Source of the DNA: Amphiscolops sp. MND2022
Taxonomy: Eukaryota
Length of the DNA stretch: 64,000 nt
NCBI GenBank assembly: GCA_964187785.1
Contig: OZ076413.1
Coordinates: 50,408,001 to 50,472,000 of the forward strand
Reading direction: 5' to 3'
Shown here: one piece after another, positions 14,266 to 28,605 of the stretch
How positions within the stretch are numbered: the first letter of the stretch is position 1
Layout: every line of letters begins with the position of its first letter
Made by a program: the position numbers and the translations under genes
The notes under the pieces: generated by a model
The model's input: only the letters and a program-made list of their open reading frames with translations
Databases searched by the model: none
What the model was told of the DNA's origin: nothing

Positions 14266-17200
14266 TAAGAAATGAATTCTTCCCGAAAACGGAAGTTCTT
14301 TTCTTTTTATCTTTCTTTACTTTTTTCTTGGCCCCTTGGTATTACTTTGAATATGGGGCATTTCAACAATGATCCTTTTCAAACACAAAAATCGGGATCA
14401 AGAAACCAAAACAGAAGCAAATGCGTAACGCCAAATCACACAGTGAAACGAGCAAAACTCGTAGCGCGTATCAGAAATTAAAACGCGTTTCTATTGGCTA
14501 TTAATCGAACTAGCAAGATCTTGCTAGTTCGCTGCGGCATATGTATCGTAATGTGACAATCAAAAAATACAAACAGAAAATGGACAAAGTTTACGGTTCA
14601 ACTGTACATAGATAAATATGCACAGTTAGTCTTTAGAAAAGCCGGCTGTGGACTCCACAATAACAGAGGAAGACCTTGATCGGGAGAGGCTCTTATCCAT
14701 CCGCCTCCGCTTGCTGTCGCTAGGCAGTTTAACAGCTGGTGCATCTTTCACGGAAGAAGTATCAGCAATTGCAGCACTCTTAGCACATACTTTCGACCCA
14801 GAGAGAGCAGAACGATGAGAAGACATAAAAGATTTGTAAATGGACGAACGTCCCAAAATGTCCCAATATGTCCAAGGGTTATAATCAGGGGTAAATCCAG
14901 ACTGTCCAAACGAAGCTGAGAGCAATGAGAATTTGTCGAGATTGACATCGGAACAACAGAGAGCTACGGAATCAGGAACCTCAGACAAATAACTTTGGCA
15001 GGGTAAGACTACATCTGCTACTCGGAACTGAAGGCCTTTGGTATCTATTTTTCCCATGGCTGGCTACGGCTGGGTACTGAGGACTAACTGAAGTTAGGCA
15101 TAAACAGCATTAGGTTGAAAAGGTAACAAATATGCTCATGTGATTGAAAGAACTTCAACCACTTGAAAAGCTCTACAAGGTCAGGTGGTCCACCACTGAG
15201 GCTAAAGTCAGAAGAATGGTTCGTCCGGAGATAGTCCAATAATGCTAGGTACTCATCCCTGCAGGACACCTCGTTTGGAGCCGAAACCCACGGGCGTAGC
15301 TGAAAAGTCGAATACAGAATGCCAAAATGACAAAGGGCCACCTCGGTGGGTCTCTTTAAGATGATATAAGGGTCGAACGCTGCCAATCCCTTGACGATAT
15401 CGGAACTGAGACCAGTGTGCTGAAGAACAACCCCCAGTAAAAATTCGATGAACCTTTTAGCGCTGGTAATGAAGTCAGTCTTGGCCGCCTCAGCTGTCTT
15501 ATCGATGGCAGTTTTGCTTGACTTTTTGTTGAAATGAAGTCCTGCAGCCTTCAAATTACTGGCAGCAGTCACCTTATTGGCCATTTCTAGTCGAATCAAG
15601 AACTCGTCAACTTCCATGAATTTTCCCTCACTAGTCCACAGGTCCAAGAGGAGAAACCAAGCGTTCTCGTGGGGAATCGTATCAGGGATATACATGGAAG
15701 CAGAGTCGATAAATGAACTTACAAACTTCTCCGCAAAGATAGAAGGTAGCGTCCCGTCTTTGGGCAAGATTGGTGGCGAAACTTCAAACGTCTGACACAT
15801 AGAATCAAGAGTCCAAAACCGGACTGAAACGTTTTTGAGACGTGGTATACTTACAATCACCGACGAGGCGTTGGAAGAATTCTAGTCTGACAACGAAGAA
15901 GTCATCGGCTATCAAGGACCACTCGACACTTTGGACCTTGTTGTGGACCGCTTGGTTCTCATGTCGGCGGGAATGGACCGTCAGATAGCGAAGGACTGCT
16001 TTCCACCGCTTAAGCAAGTCCCGGCAAAGGTCGGGGAGTTTGTCCACTTCTAGCTTGCAGGTGGTTACAGCCTAAACGAGGTGTTATTTCAAAGGGACGG
16101 TTCTGTCTCATGATCCCTACCCATTCCCTTCCATATTCACATTAAAGTAAAGCAAAGGTATACTATATCGGGTAGTTTCAGGGGACTCAAGAACCCAGTC
16201 TTCTATGGTGGACCCCCTATGGGAGACAAGAAGGCACTGCAGAACGGAGATCATGTCAATTCGCCCGAACACGCTATACATGGACTTTGAGACAATAGAT
16301 CAAGCCGTTCAAAGCTGAAGCAGCTCTGGACGTCTCGTGGGAAGGAAGGGTGCTGGTCTATCGCTCGTATGAAGTCAATGGGATACCCTGAGCAGGCAAC
16401 CATGTCAGGACCGGTTGACACTACTGACAACAGACGTGACAGGGGGCCCAATTCGATAGACCGTTCGTTCCATTGTCTTCAAACTAAATGGATTAATGCT
16501 GAGTTGAGGCCACTTGCTCTGCAATATCCTCCATGGCACAATTTAAGATGTGTTGGAGTAAGGCCTGAAATGGGAAATAAAGGTCAATACTGCTAGTTCA
16601 TTTGTATATACTCACGTACATATACATATTCATACGTACGTACATATACAAGTGACAAACAAAAACAAACAAATTATGCTTACCGTTATTCTTTCTTCCC
16701 TCCAGTAAAAATCATGGAAAGCAGCCTGGTAATCAGTAAAAGACCCAACTCGTGACCACAAATGTCGGAGTATAGCAATATCTGCCTGTCTTGGGATGAG
16801 ATCTCCAATAAGACATACCCCAGGCTGGGTCTTGGCCCGCGATTGAGGGGTCACTAAGGCTGTGGTACTCCCTTTGAGGTAGTCTTCGTAAAAGGGAAAG
16901 CTTTCTCCTACGTTGATGAGTTCTGTGTGGATGAACTTTGGGAGCTCTTGCGCCAGTTCAACCTGGCTAAAAATTTTCCCATTTCTATCTCTGACTCTGT
17001 TCTGGATCTTACCTGTAACAGGGTTGACGCTTTTGAGATGCTCGTAGTGCCATCGCTGATCTCTTCGGAGGTGTGTCTCGGTCCTGTGGTGCCTCAAGGT
17101 TTCAACTACTCCTTTGGTCTTTACCGAGAAATTCTATTTGCACATGTGGCACCAGACCATGTAAGGATTGTGGAGCGGGTTTGCGGGTCAGGACATGAAG

Positions 17201-17748
17201 GACCGTGTCCATCCGATCTTCGAGAAGAATTCCTCTCGCATGGGCACCCCTCGTTTCTGCATTTCTTTCGGCCTAGTCGTTCTCTTGGCCTGCCTTTTCG
17301 TTGGGACTTCTGGGAGGGAGGCTGATCTGGCAGTTCTGACAGCGTGGCATCAAGGCTGCTACGTCCTGCCGACTCAGCTCCTTCTCCTGCTGACTCAAAT
17401 ATTGAGTGTGACTGTTGGGTGAATTTGATGTTCTCAGTCGTTGACTTCCTGGAAGTATCAGCAGCTAAGGCCATTTCGCCCGAGCTATCGCTGTCTTCAG
17501 GCATATAGAAATGTCACCAACCTCCAGCAGCGCAGTGAAATCTCCACATGTCTCTGAACCTGACCTGGGATCTGTAGTGAGTTCCTCGGAACTAGAACTT
17601 CCTATCTGTTGGGGTCTCGGAGTTTGGGCCCTTACCCGATTCCGGAACTGCTCAACCCTAGACGGAAATGTGGCTGGAGTCCCCTTGACGGCACAATCAC
17701 AATCTTTTCCATGGTTGAGCAAGTCATGCTGATGGCCTCATCGGTTAG
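10890..17748. repeat. Segmental direct repeat, copy B
   Basis: Matches 1-6859 with only scattered substitutions. Confidence 0.98.
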
Positions 17749-19000
17749 AACCCGCAGCAAGGGTATATTTGATGTTCAGTGAAGGCCACCGTCCTGTGTC
17801 CCACTGGGAAGGTGTAGGGGTCCTCTGTTTCGAAATACTGTTTTAAAATTGCCCTCCTGCAGCCCAATAACTCCCTCAGTGGCTCTTCCTGAGGTTGTAT
17901 GGTCACTTTGGATGACGCAGGAAGAGCATCATAAAGGGGTGAAAAGTCGTCTTAGCTTGATCTTCCTCCAGTTGCGTCAACATCACTGTAGTCTGTAGGG
18001 ACTTTGATTTGAGGGAGGACAGTGAGGGAGGACCACTAAATGTTGAAGAGGAGTCTTCTTCAGTTTGAAGGAAGGATACACCTGTCTCTTCTCACGACAT
18101 GTCAGTTGTGAGGTGCAGTTCAGGAAGCTCAGTATGAGTTGTTTCCGCTATCTGCAGGAATGATTCAAACTGGGACATGCTGGCAGCTTCAGTATGGCCC
18201 TGGTCAGGCGGAGTCGGGGTGCTGGTTCTTCTTGACTCTGGAAGTTGTGTCCTCCGAATCATGTGGCATCCCAAGCTCATCCCTAGCGAGATCTTCTACG
18301 TCCGACTCTGTACCAGTTATGGCAGCCTCCTTCCGCTGGGCCATCTCACCGGCAAAAGCGGTAACGTCCACATTGCTGTCTGTGCTGAATGGCGAATCAG
18401 CCATGTTTCGGACTTGGCTAGCTGAGATTCTTATTGGAGGGAATGGAGGTGGGGACGGAACTGGAGCTCGGTCTTCACTGGAGGTGGTAGTCGGAACCAA
18501 TGTCTGTTCGGACTAAGCGGGAATGTTCTCTTCAACGTTCGTTGGAATCTGTTGTTCATCTGCGTTCTGGCTCTCTAAACAGAAAGGGATGAAATTTGGC
18601 GGTGAGTTCATTGAAAGAAATCCGTTTTGCCGCGCTAGAAATCTTCCGGAAGTGTTTTAAAAATTTGAATGAAACGTGTTTTCACGTGTTCAGTAATGAA
18701 AACAGGAAGCAAATTATGAACGAAAGTTTCCTGATCAAGGAAATCTAGCTCAAAATAAAAATCTAAATCAACCCAACCTGTATTAGAAGATATTCTGCTG
18801 TGAATCGCCTCTTGGGAATGAGTCCTTGCTTGGCTGGTAAAGTTGTGGGACATGGCCAGGTTCAGCTGAAGAAGGGAGATCCGGAATACACCGAGGGGAA
18901 TACTGTCAGCAAAGAAGTTGAAGACGAAGACGGACGGTTGAAATAATTGGAATACAAATGAAATTGAAACTGGGACTGTAAGAATTGAAATCAAGTAATA
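14540..19000 (-). pseudogene. Spliced, decayed gene with a TTF/BED-type zinc finger and a hAT-transposase-like body
   Basis: Across disruptions reads EEFFSKIGWTRSF..GPADPLHNPYMVW-CHMCK*NFSVKTKGVVETLRHHRTETH (~17230-17070). Phase-0 intron 16683-16565 joins EERIT|ALLQHILNCAMEDIAEQVAS..*SI*FED. Helical body ORF 15084-15860. Low-complexity S/T/P-rich N-terminus at 17.5-18.9 kb. Confidence 0.5.
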
Positions 19001-20098
19001 ATAAGAAAATGAAAGTTGGAGTTCGTGGCTGGAGAAAACTACCAGACTAATGGAGTCCGCCAGCGAAATGTACAGGAAATCCTACGTTATATACAAATTA
19101 GTTAGTTAGAAGCCGATTACGGCCGTTTACCCTATTTCGTTTTGCCGTTTATTCCAATACATTAGTAATTCTTGATTAGAATTCTCGCCATATTTAGTTA
19201 TTCAGAATTATTTCTTTCACGCCATTTTGTTATTCAATTTTCATTTTATTCGAAGCTCAATCCTGATTGTCTGGAACCATTTTGAGAGAAATCGATGGCG
19301 CGTGCCGTTAATTGCCTTCAAGCGACCCGTTAATTACCCACTTGAAGCGTGTGTCTTTGATATTAACATCTTGAGCGTTATTGACACCTCTTCAGATGAT
19401 GGTGTTGATGACGCGTAAATATCAGAATATCAAAGGCTGCCGACCATTGATGGAATTCCATTCAGGAAAGTTTATGACGGATCAGGACGATTAACCGAAG
19501 TTTTAACCGCCAAATTGAAATTTCCGGGAAAATGCCTGTTTCGGATTACTCCGAGAGGCTTGGTAAATTTATTCTGTTCTTAAAATTTCACCTTGTTCAG
19601 TCGCCTTTGACAAGATAAAATTGCGAAAAAACTCCTAATGTAAAAAATAATTAGAGCAAGAAAGCTCTTTGGATCCATGGACTTGAGCTCAGAATCTTCA
19701 GCTGACTCTGTGGTTGACATAAGCAGTGACGATGAAGCCGCAGATGGATAGGATTCGGAATGGTCCACTAACACAGAAGAGTTGATCAAGAGAGTGGAAA
19801 CACAAGTAACAGCTTGCCCCATACCTATTGCTGGAAGAAGAATGGCCACCGCTAGTGACGAGCCAGGTCCGAGTACAACCTGGCTGATGAAGAATCGAAC
19901 TGGAAAGAAAGAACCGAACTGTGTAAAACAATTGTGCCTGTTCTGGAATCGCCCATGTCACCCCAGAACATGAAAGGGGGCTTTCTCAAGATACACCGCT
20001 GTTGCAAACTAGGGACGATGGTTTTCATGCGTCTTATCACATTCAGAGTTCACAGCCATACGCGGACATTAGTAGGCAGTGATGCGTCAGCTGTATGG

Positions 20099-20647
20099 TG
20101 TGTGGAAGGTCAGTTGATTAGATCAAGGAGCAAACGATAAAGTGGTACATGGAGCGATCGACACCACAGAGCGAGCCCGCTTACATTACGGCACTTAGAC
20201 GAGAGGCGTATGCGAATGGACTCAACGCCGGTAGTCTACTTTTTATAGCACAGGCTGTGTCGCAGGCTGCCGCCTGTGACGGTACCAGTATAAGAACTTC
20301 AGCCAATGGACGGGAGATAGCATCGGGCACATTGCTTATTTATTGAAGACTGAAACGCTACAAAATATTCTTAATTTTAATATGAAGTGTTTTATTTAGT
20401 ATGTTTTGTTTCGACAAGGAATTTTCAAGGTTATGTTTTGTTTCCATACCCTTGATAGTCAACCCTTTATGTGAACTGTTACATTGAGTTAAGCCTATGT
20501 TTTAGACCGCTTTCTTGAACATTCAATATGAAATATTACTAAACCCTTTACTAAGTAACGCCTTTTATTTCCGGTAATTGGAGACTGCCTGGAGACATAC
20601 AGGTACTAAGTAGTCTTTCTCTAAACTTTCTTCAACTACTATACACA
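20099..20647 (+). repeat. Probable 5' LTR of the BEL/Pao element
   Basis: Begins TGTGT and ends ACACA. Followed by PBS-like TGGCGCCC at 20654 and a gag ATG at 20805. No second LTR in the window to confirm it. Confidence 0.55.
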
Positions 20648-20653
20648 TTATTT

Positions 20654-20661
20654 TGGCGCCC
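20654..20661 (+). promoter_or_regulatory. Putative primer-binding site TGGCGCCC
   Basis: TGG-initiated motif a few bases after the putative LTR end. Only a short match to a tRNA 3' end can be seen. Confidence 0.45.
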
Positions 20662-20804
20662 CTTATTCTGACCCGTTTACCCTTAATTACCTTAGTTTTC
20701 TTCGTTGGTTTGTGAAATTTTCGTTATAAAGTTCTAATTTTATTGCCTTATTTTAAGTTTGTTGATTTAATTGACATACTACGAAGGATACGAGTTTGAT
20801 TAAA

Positions 20805-23612
20805 ATGGTTTCCACGCGAAGTCAAGGTCAAAATGATGACAACGTGGATGTTGATGTAGCCAATAGCAATGAGCTCGACGCATTGAATTTGGCTCATGGG
20901 CAAACTTCCAACGATAGCATTGCTAACATGCAAGTGGCGAAAATGATAATAAAATTTCACGCTTGTTGTCACTACAGCAACTTAGTCTGGACGACATTCA
21001 TTGCTCACTTGATTTTGTCAATAATTGTATTGACGCAAACGAATCCACTGATATGTGTCGGGAATTTTTTGTAGAAACAGACCGTAAGGTGGATGAATTT
21101 GAGTCTTTAACGAAAGAAATCATTCTACTTGCAAATACCCACCTTCATACCCAGTCAGAACGACTAGCTGGGGTTAAGAATGACTTGCGAACTATTCGCT
21201 TGAAGGTAATGAAAAAGCGCAGTTCTGATCAATTGTGCAAAACTGCTCAGCCTACGGTAAATGACACAACTTCTAATGAACGTATAGTCACTTCTAACAA
21301 CCCTCTACCGGCCTTCACAACTGCTGACCTCTCTTCAGAATCGAATATTCCTGGAATTTTTTCAACAATTGCTGAAACCAATGGGACCTTATTCCGCGAA
21401 GCCACAGTCGATCAATCGCATTTCGCTCCTTATTTTCCTCAAGGAGTTGGAACATCACAGAAAATGTCCTCAACATTCCAAAAATCAATTCCCAAAGTCA
21501 CACCCACAGTGTTCAATGGACACCCGCTTCTCTGGTTAGATTGGATTGGACTCTTTCATGCCACAATTCATTCATCTGACATGACAACAGCTGAAAAAAT
21601 GACGCATTTACAAACTCTTGTCAAGGATCAAGCAAAATCTACCATTCGTGGATATGGGTACAATGGAGACATGTATTTCATTGCACTGAAGCGCCTTCAA
21701 GACACATTTGGAAATTCAACTAAAATTATCACCTCTTTTCTGCAACGCCTCAGCAGCCACCCTTCTCCATCTCTTCGACAACCCGATTCTTTTACTGCCT
21801 ATTCCAATTTTTTGACGACCTTAGTTGACACTTTCGAGCAGTTGAATATTCAGCACGACATTTGCTCGACAACCAACGTTCAACAAGCCTTAGCAAAGCC
21901 ACCCACAGAAACTAGACTAGCCTGGAACCGACATGCCGTCTCTTCAGGACTTCAACGACCGACGCTAAAAGACATTACCTCATGGTTACGGGAATTCGCT
22001 CTCGCCTGCAGTGAAATTCCTGTAGCAAAACATCTTGCACCTTCTGGACACTCGACAGCGAAGTTCTTTCGTCCTTCAAGTTCAATAAGCAGCGCTCTTC
22101 ACCAACCTTTTGCCAACGACAAAACACACTCAGCACCATCAACGGACAAAGTCAAAAAGATTTCTGTCCCGAATCAAAGGGATGCGATCTGCTTCGACAA
22201 TGCCCTCATTTCAAATTCCTCAATGTTCAGAACAGATACGAACACGTTAAAAAATTGAAACTTTGTTTCAATTGCCTAGGACATTACGCGTTTAAGGATT
22301 GTAAATCCGAAACAACCTGCCAATTGAAGGTTGTCACCGACGACACCACACGTTGTTGCACCGTGATCAGCAACCAGCAGTAACTTCAACAGTCAACACC
22401 CGACGTCATCAGCCTGGTATTGTGCCTATTGTTCACGTTACCGTCTCTTACGGAAACAATCGACTTTCGACATACGCCCTGCTTGATTCCGGATTTTCTG
22501 TGACACTACTTGCCGAATCAGCCGCCAAGCAATTGAAACCCAATCTACAGGGTAATCAACCACTCAGTGTTTCTGGGAACAACACTGTTGCAGAAATACA
22601 AGTAGCAACCCTACAATGTTTCATCGGACTGTACAACTCCGCTGTTCAGCCTCACAGACTCGACAATGTTCTTTCAGTGCCAACACTGAACGTTCAAACA
22701 GCGCAACCGAATTTTCTCAACTCAGTTTGCCAGCAACATCCTCATCTTAAACACGTCACATTCCCGCAACTACATTCTAATAATGTTTCACTCCTGATCG
22801 GAGTGGACGCTTATGATGTTATTTGCAGCCGAGGAGTCATTCATGGACCACCCAACACGCCCAAAGCACTGAACACAGTTCTTGGATGGACAGTAGTAGG
22901 AACCAGCAGTCATCAGCTACCAACGACAGCAGAGACACTCCTCGTCCAAACGCCGACATTGGATGACGAACATTTTCATCAAGTTCAAAATTGGATGCGA
23001 CTTGACAATGAAGGAGTTTCTTCAACGAAAAAAGCGTTTTCAGCCAACGATCGTCGCGCCGAGAACATTCTCCAGTCTACCACAACGAAAGTTGGAGACC
23101 GATACCAAACCGACGACACAATTCTAGCCATTCGACGATTCATTTGCCGCAGAGGCCAGCCTCAGTCTATCAGATCCGACAACGCAACTACATTTGTCTC
23201 TGCCAACAAAGACCTAAAAGCAGCTTTGAAGAAACTTGAATTAGCGTCACCAGAGATTTCAGCTCGTCTTGGACTTCAACATATCGCCTGGTATTTCAAC
23301 CCACCCGCTGCTCCTCATTTTGGGGGCGCATGGGAGCGGTTGATCCGCTCTTTCAAAGACACCGTCTACAAAATTGTTGGATCGAGAACCCCTCACGAAC
23401 CGACGCTACACACCTTTGCCTGTGAAGTTGAGGCTATCATGAACAACCGCCCACTTCTCCACGTTTCTTCAGACGTCACCGACATACTTCCTACAAACGG
23501 TTTCACTGTTATTTTTCCGATACTCAATATTTCGGTTGTTTGTACTCGGGTATTGCTAATGCCTAGTACAAGAAAACAGAAAAAGGCAAGAAAGTCAAGA
23601 GGACTAGAGATG
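20805..23612 (+). mobile_element. BEL/Pao copy 1: gag-protease joined directly to the integrase 3' part (RT and RNase H deleted)
   Basis: Gag (FNGHPLLWLDWIGLF...KMTHLQTLV), Zn knuckles, protease ALLDSG. Jumps at 23110 to integrase SDNATTF/GGAWERL. Confidence 0.93.
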
Positions 23613-26600
23613 CTCGACGCATTGAATTTGGCTCATGGGCAAACTTCCAACGATAGCATTGCTAACATGCAAGTGGCGAAAATGATAATAAAATTTCACG
23701 CTTGTTGTCACTACAGCAACTTAGTCTGGACGACATTCATTGCTCACTTGATTTTGTCAATAATTGTATTGACGCAAACGAATCCACTGATATGTGTCGG
23801 GAATTTTTTGTAGAAACAGACCGTAAGGTGGATGAATTTGAGTCTTTAACGAAAGAAATCATTCTACTTGCAAATACCCACCTTCATACCCAGTCAGAAC
23901 GACTAGCTGGGGTTAAGAATGACTTGCGAACTATTCGCTTGAAGGTAATGAAAAAGCGCAGTTCTGATCAATTGTGCAAAACTGCTCAGCCTACGGTAAA
24001 TGACACAACTTCTAATGAACGTATAGTCACTTCTAACAACCCTCTACCGGCCTTTACAACTGCTGACCTCTCTTCAGAGTCGAATATTCCTGGAATTTTT
24101 TCAACAATTGCTGAAACCAATGGGACCTTATTCCGCGAAGCCACAGTCGATCAATCGCATTTCGCTCCTTATTTTCCTCAAGGAGTTGGAACATCACAGA
24201 AAATGTCCTCAACATTCCAAAAATCAATTCCCAAAGTCACACCCACAGTGTTCAATGGACACCCGCTTCTCTGGTTAGATTGGATTGGACTCTTTCATGC
24301 CACAATTCATTCATCTGACATGACAACAGCTGAAAAAATGACGCATTTACAAACTCTTGTCAAGAATCAAGCAAAGTCTACCATTCGTGGATATGGGTAC
24401 AATGGAGACATGTATTTCATTGCACTGAAGCGCCTTCAAGACACATTTGGAAATTCAACTAAAATTATCACCTCTTTTCTGCAACGCCTCAGCAGCCACC
24501 CTTCTCCATCTCTTCGACAACCCGATTCTTTTACTGCCTATTCCAATTTTTTGACGACCTTAGTTGACACTTTCGAGCAGTTGAATTTTCAGCACGACAT
24601 TTGCTCGACAACCAACGTTCAACAAGCCTTAGCAAAGCCACCCACAGAAACTAGACTAGCCTGGAACCGACATGCCGTCTCTTCAAGACTTCAACGACCG
24701 ACGCTAAAAGACATTACCTCATGGTTACGGGAATTCGCTCTCGCCTGCAGTGAAATTCCTGTAGCAAAACATCTTGCACCTTCTGAACACTCGACAGCGA
24801 AGTTCTTTCGTCCTTCAAGTTCAATAAGCAGCGCTCTTCACCAACCTTTTGCCAACGACAAAACACACTCAGCACCATCAACGGACAAAGTCAAAAAGAT
24901 TTCTGTCCCGAATCAAAGGGATGCGATCTGCTTCGACAATGCCCTCATTTCAAATTCCTCAATGTTCAGAACAGATACGAAGACGTTAAAAAATTGAAAC
25001 TTTGTTACAATTGCCTAGGACATTACGCGTTTAAGGATTGTAAATCCGAAACAACCTGCCCAATTGAAGGTTGTCACCGACGACACCACACGTTGTTGCA
25101 CCGTGATCAGCAACCAGCAGTAACTTCAACAGTCAACACCCGACGTCATCAGCCTGGTATTGTGCCTATTGTTCACGTTACCGTCTCTTACGGAAACAAT
25201 CGACTTTCGACATACGCCCTGCTTGATTCCGGATTTTCTGTGACACTACTTGCCGAATCAGCCGCCAAGCAATTGAAACCCAATCTACAGGGTAATCAAC
25301 CACTCAGTGTTTCTGGGAACAACACTGTTGCAGAAATACAAGTAGCAACCCTACAATGTTTCATCGGACTGTACAACTCCGCTGTTCAGCCTCACAGACT
25401 CGACAATGTTCTTTCAGTGCCAACACTGAACGTTCAAACAGCGCAACCGAATTTTCTCAACTCAGTTTGCCAGCAACATCCTCATCTTAAACACGTCACA
25501 TTCCCGCAACTACATTCTAATAATGTTTCACTCCTGATCGGAGTGGACGCTTATGATGTTATTTGCAGCCGAGGAGTCATTCATGGACCACCCAACACGC
25601 CCAAAGCACTGAACACAGTTCTTGGATGGACAGTAGTAGGAACCAGCAGTCATCAGCTACCAACGACAGCAGAGACACTCCTCGTCCAAACGCCGACATT
25701 GGATGACGAACATTTTCATCAAGTTCAAAATTGGATGCGACTTGACAATGAAGGAGTTTCTTCAACGAAAAAAGCGTTTTCAGCCAACGATCGTCGCGCC
25801 GAGAACATTCTCCAGTCTACCACAACGAAAGTTGGAGACCGATACCAAATCGGCCTTCTACGGAAACCAAATGTTGATCTGCCCAACAATCGATGGGTTG
25901 CCGAACGCCAGCTGCGCACCCTCGAACAACGCTTGCAGAAAGACCCAACACTCAAAGAGCAATACAAGAAAACAATCGATGACGATCTTGCCAACGGTTA
26001 CATCGTGTAGAAGTACCGACAGTCGACGCCACCTTGAAAAAATGGTACCTTCCACATCATCCAGTTACCAACGTTAACAAACCAGGAAAAGTTCGTCGCG
26101 TGACAAATGCCAGCAGTGTCTTCAAAGGACAGTAACTCAACAACAGTTTACTTACGGGACCGGATTTTCTTTGCAACCTAACAGGATTGATAATGCGATT
26201 TCGCCAACATTCAGTCGCAATATCCGCTGACATTGAGGCCATGTTTATGCAAGTGCTTGTGGACTCTAAAGACCGACAGTATCTACGTTTTTTATGGAGT
26301 AGCGACACGAAGACAATCGAATTCGAGTACACCAGACATATTTTCGGGGCAACATACTCCCCTTGCGTTGCCTGCTATGCCGTCCGCAAGTGTGCCAAGG
26401 ACAATGAATCTGTTTATCCTGGTCTGCCCGCAATTGTTCAGCGGAACATTTATATGGATGATTTGTATGTCAGCCTCACATCAGAAGAAGACGCCACAGA
26501 TACAGCTCGGAAACTTCGGGAAGTTTTAGCATCAGGAGGTTTCAACCTAACCAAATGGAGCTCGAACAGCCGTAATTTCCTAGCAGGTTTGAGCCCGAAC

Positions 26601-28605
26601 TACGAGCAACTGGAGCCAATCCCGACGATAAATTGACACTGCAGCGGGTCCTTGGTTTGCCATGGGACCCAGAGAAAGACACGTACCTCATCCAATCCGA
26701 AAGCTACCGTAAAGCCAAGGACATTCGAATACCAACTCAACGCAATCTGCTGAAATTTACTTCTTCTATATTCGATCCCTTAGGCATCACAGCACCGTTA
26801 ATCATTCGATTGCGATGTATTATGCAGCTTGCTCGGAGCACCGGACAACAATGGGACAAACCTAATCCAGAAGATCAACTCGCAGAATTCCAACAGTGGA
26901 CCGAGGAAATCGACCATCTCGAGAATATTCAACTACCTCGACAGCTGCATAATTACCGAAGTCAGCCCAAACATCATGAACTTCATGTTTTCTCCGATGC
27001 GTCCGAGAAAGCATTCGCCGCAGTTGCCTACCTGCGTACAACTCACGACGACAGTCACGTCAGCATCACTTTTTTAATCGGAAAAGCAAGAGTCGCCCCA
27101 ATGAAACGACTCACAATTCCGAACTTAGAACTTCAAGCAGCCACATTAGGAAGCCGCCTTGCTACCTACATCAAAGAAGAACTCGACCTCCACATAGCTC
27201 GGACATTCATGTGGACGGACAGTACAACCGTTTTACACTGGATCAACGCCTCTAATCAAAGACACAGGATTTTCGTAGCGAACCGCCTGAATATTATTCT
27301 CGACTCGACAGAATCTTCAGATTGGCGATACGTTCCAACTATTGAAAATCCCGCAGATGATGGAACAAGAGGATATCAAGCTAACCAGATGAATGCCACT
27401 TCACGTTGGATTCAAGGACCCTCATTTCTACAGAAAAAAGAACAGTTTTGGCCAACACAGCCTCCAATTTCTCAACAAGTTGCTATGTCTCATGCCGGCG
27501 CACCACCTGGCTGCAGCACTAGCCCTCCTTTTGACATTACCCGCTTCAGTAATTGGAACCGTCTAATCAGGACCGTTGCTTTCTGTTTCCTCGTTGCCGA
27601 CAAAGCCAAGAAACAGTCAAGCCTCCCTTACTTTGGAACATGTTATCAAAGCATTCAAGTTCCTCATCAAGAATGCTCAGCAGCAGTCCTTCTCTAAAGA
27701 AATAAACGAGCTTTTGCAGAAGAAACCCCTATCTAACAAGTCTAGGATTGTACAACTCAGTCCCTTCGTCAACGACCATGGCTTCTTGCGTTCTCGTGGC
27801 CGCCTTGGAAAGGCCTCGATAATTCTCTGTAGCCGATACCCAGTCATCTTGGATGCTGAGAACCCTTCGATCGACCTATACTTGAAACACGTTCACGACA
27901 CCAATGGACATTGTGGACTCGAGTTCAGCCGTGCCCTGATTCAACAACACTTTTGGATTCTGAAAGCCCGGAAAGTGTTACGACGAATCATCCGACATTG
28001 TATCACCTGCCGCAGACAGCAAAAAGATGTTATCCAGCCAATAATGGCTGATTTGCCAAAAGAAAAACTCCCTTCTACAATCAATTATCCCTTCCGCACC
28101 ACTGGAATTGATTACATGGGACCGTTCTTCATTGAAACTCCACGTGCCGAAAAACGGTACGTCCTTTTCTTTACCTGCCTCGTTACAAGAGCTGTTCACA
28201 TCGAAGTTACTGCAAAATTGAACACAGACGACACAATTCTAGCCATTCGACGATTCATTTGCCGCAGAGGCCAGCCTCAGTCTATCAGATCCGACAACGC
28301 AACTACATTTGTCTCTGCCAACAAAGACCTAAAAGCAGCTTTGAAGAAACTTGAATTAGCGTCACCAGAGATTTCAGCTCGTCTTGGACTTCAACATATC
28401 GCCTGGTATTTCAACCCACCCGCTGCTCCTCATTTTGGGGGCGCATGGGAGCGGTTGATCCGCTCTTTCAAAGACACCGTCTACAAAATTGTTGGATCGA
28501 GAACCCCTCACGAACCGACGCTACACACCTTTGCCTGTGAAGTTGAGGCTATCATGAACAACCGCCCACTTCTCCACGTTTCTTCAGACGTCACCGACAT
28601 ACTTC
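23612..28605 (+). mobile_element. BEL/Pao copy 2: gag-PR-RT-RNase H-integrase, decayed, 3'-truncated
   Basis: CYNCLGH..C..C..CHRRHHTLLH knuckles; ALLDSG; ADIEAMF and YMDD; HVFSDASEKAFAAV, LELQAA, WTDST, NPADDGTRG; GIDYMGP, SDNATTF, GGAWERL. Confidence 0.96.
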
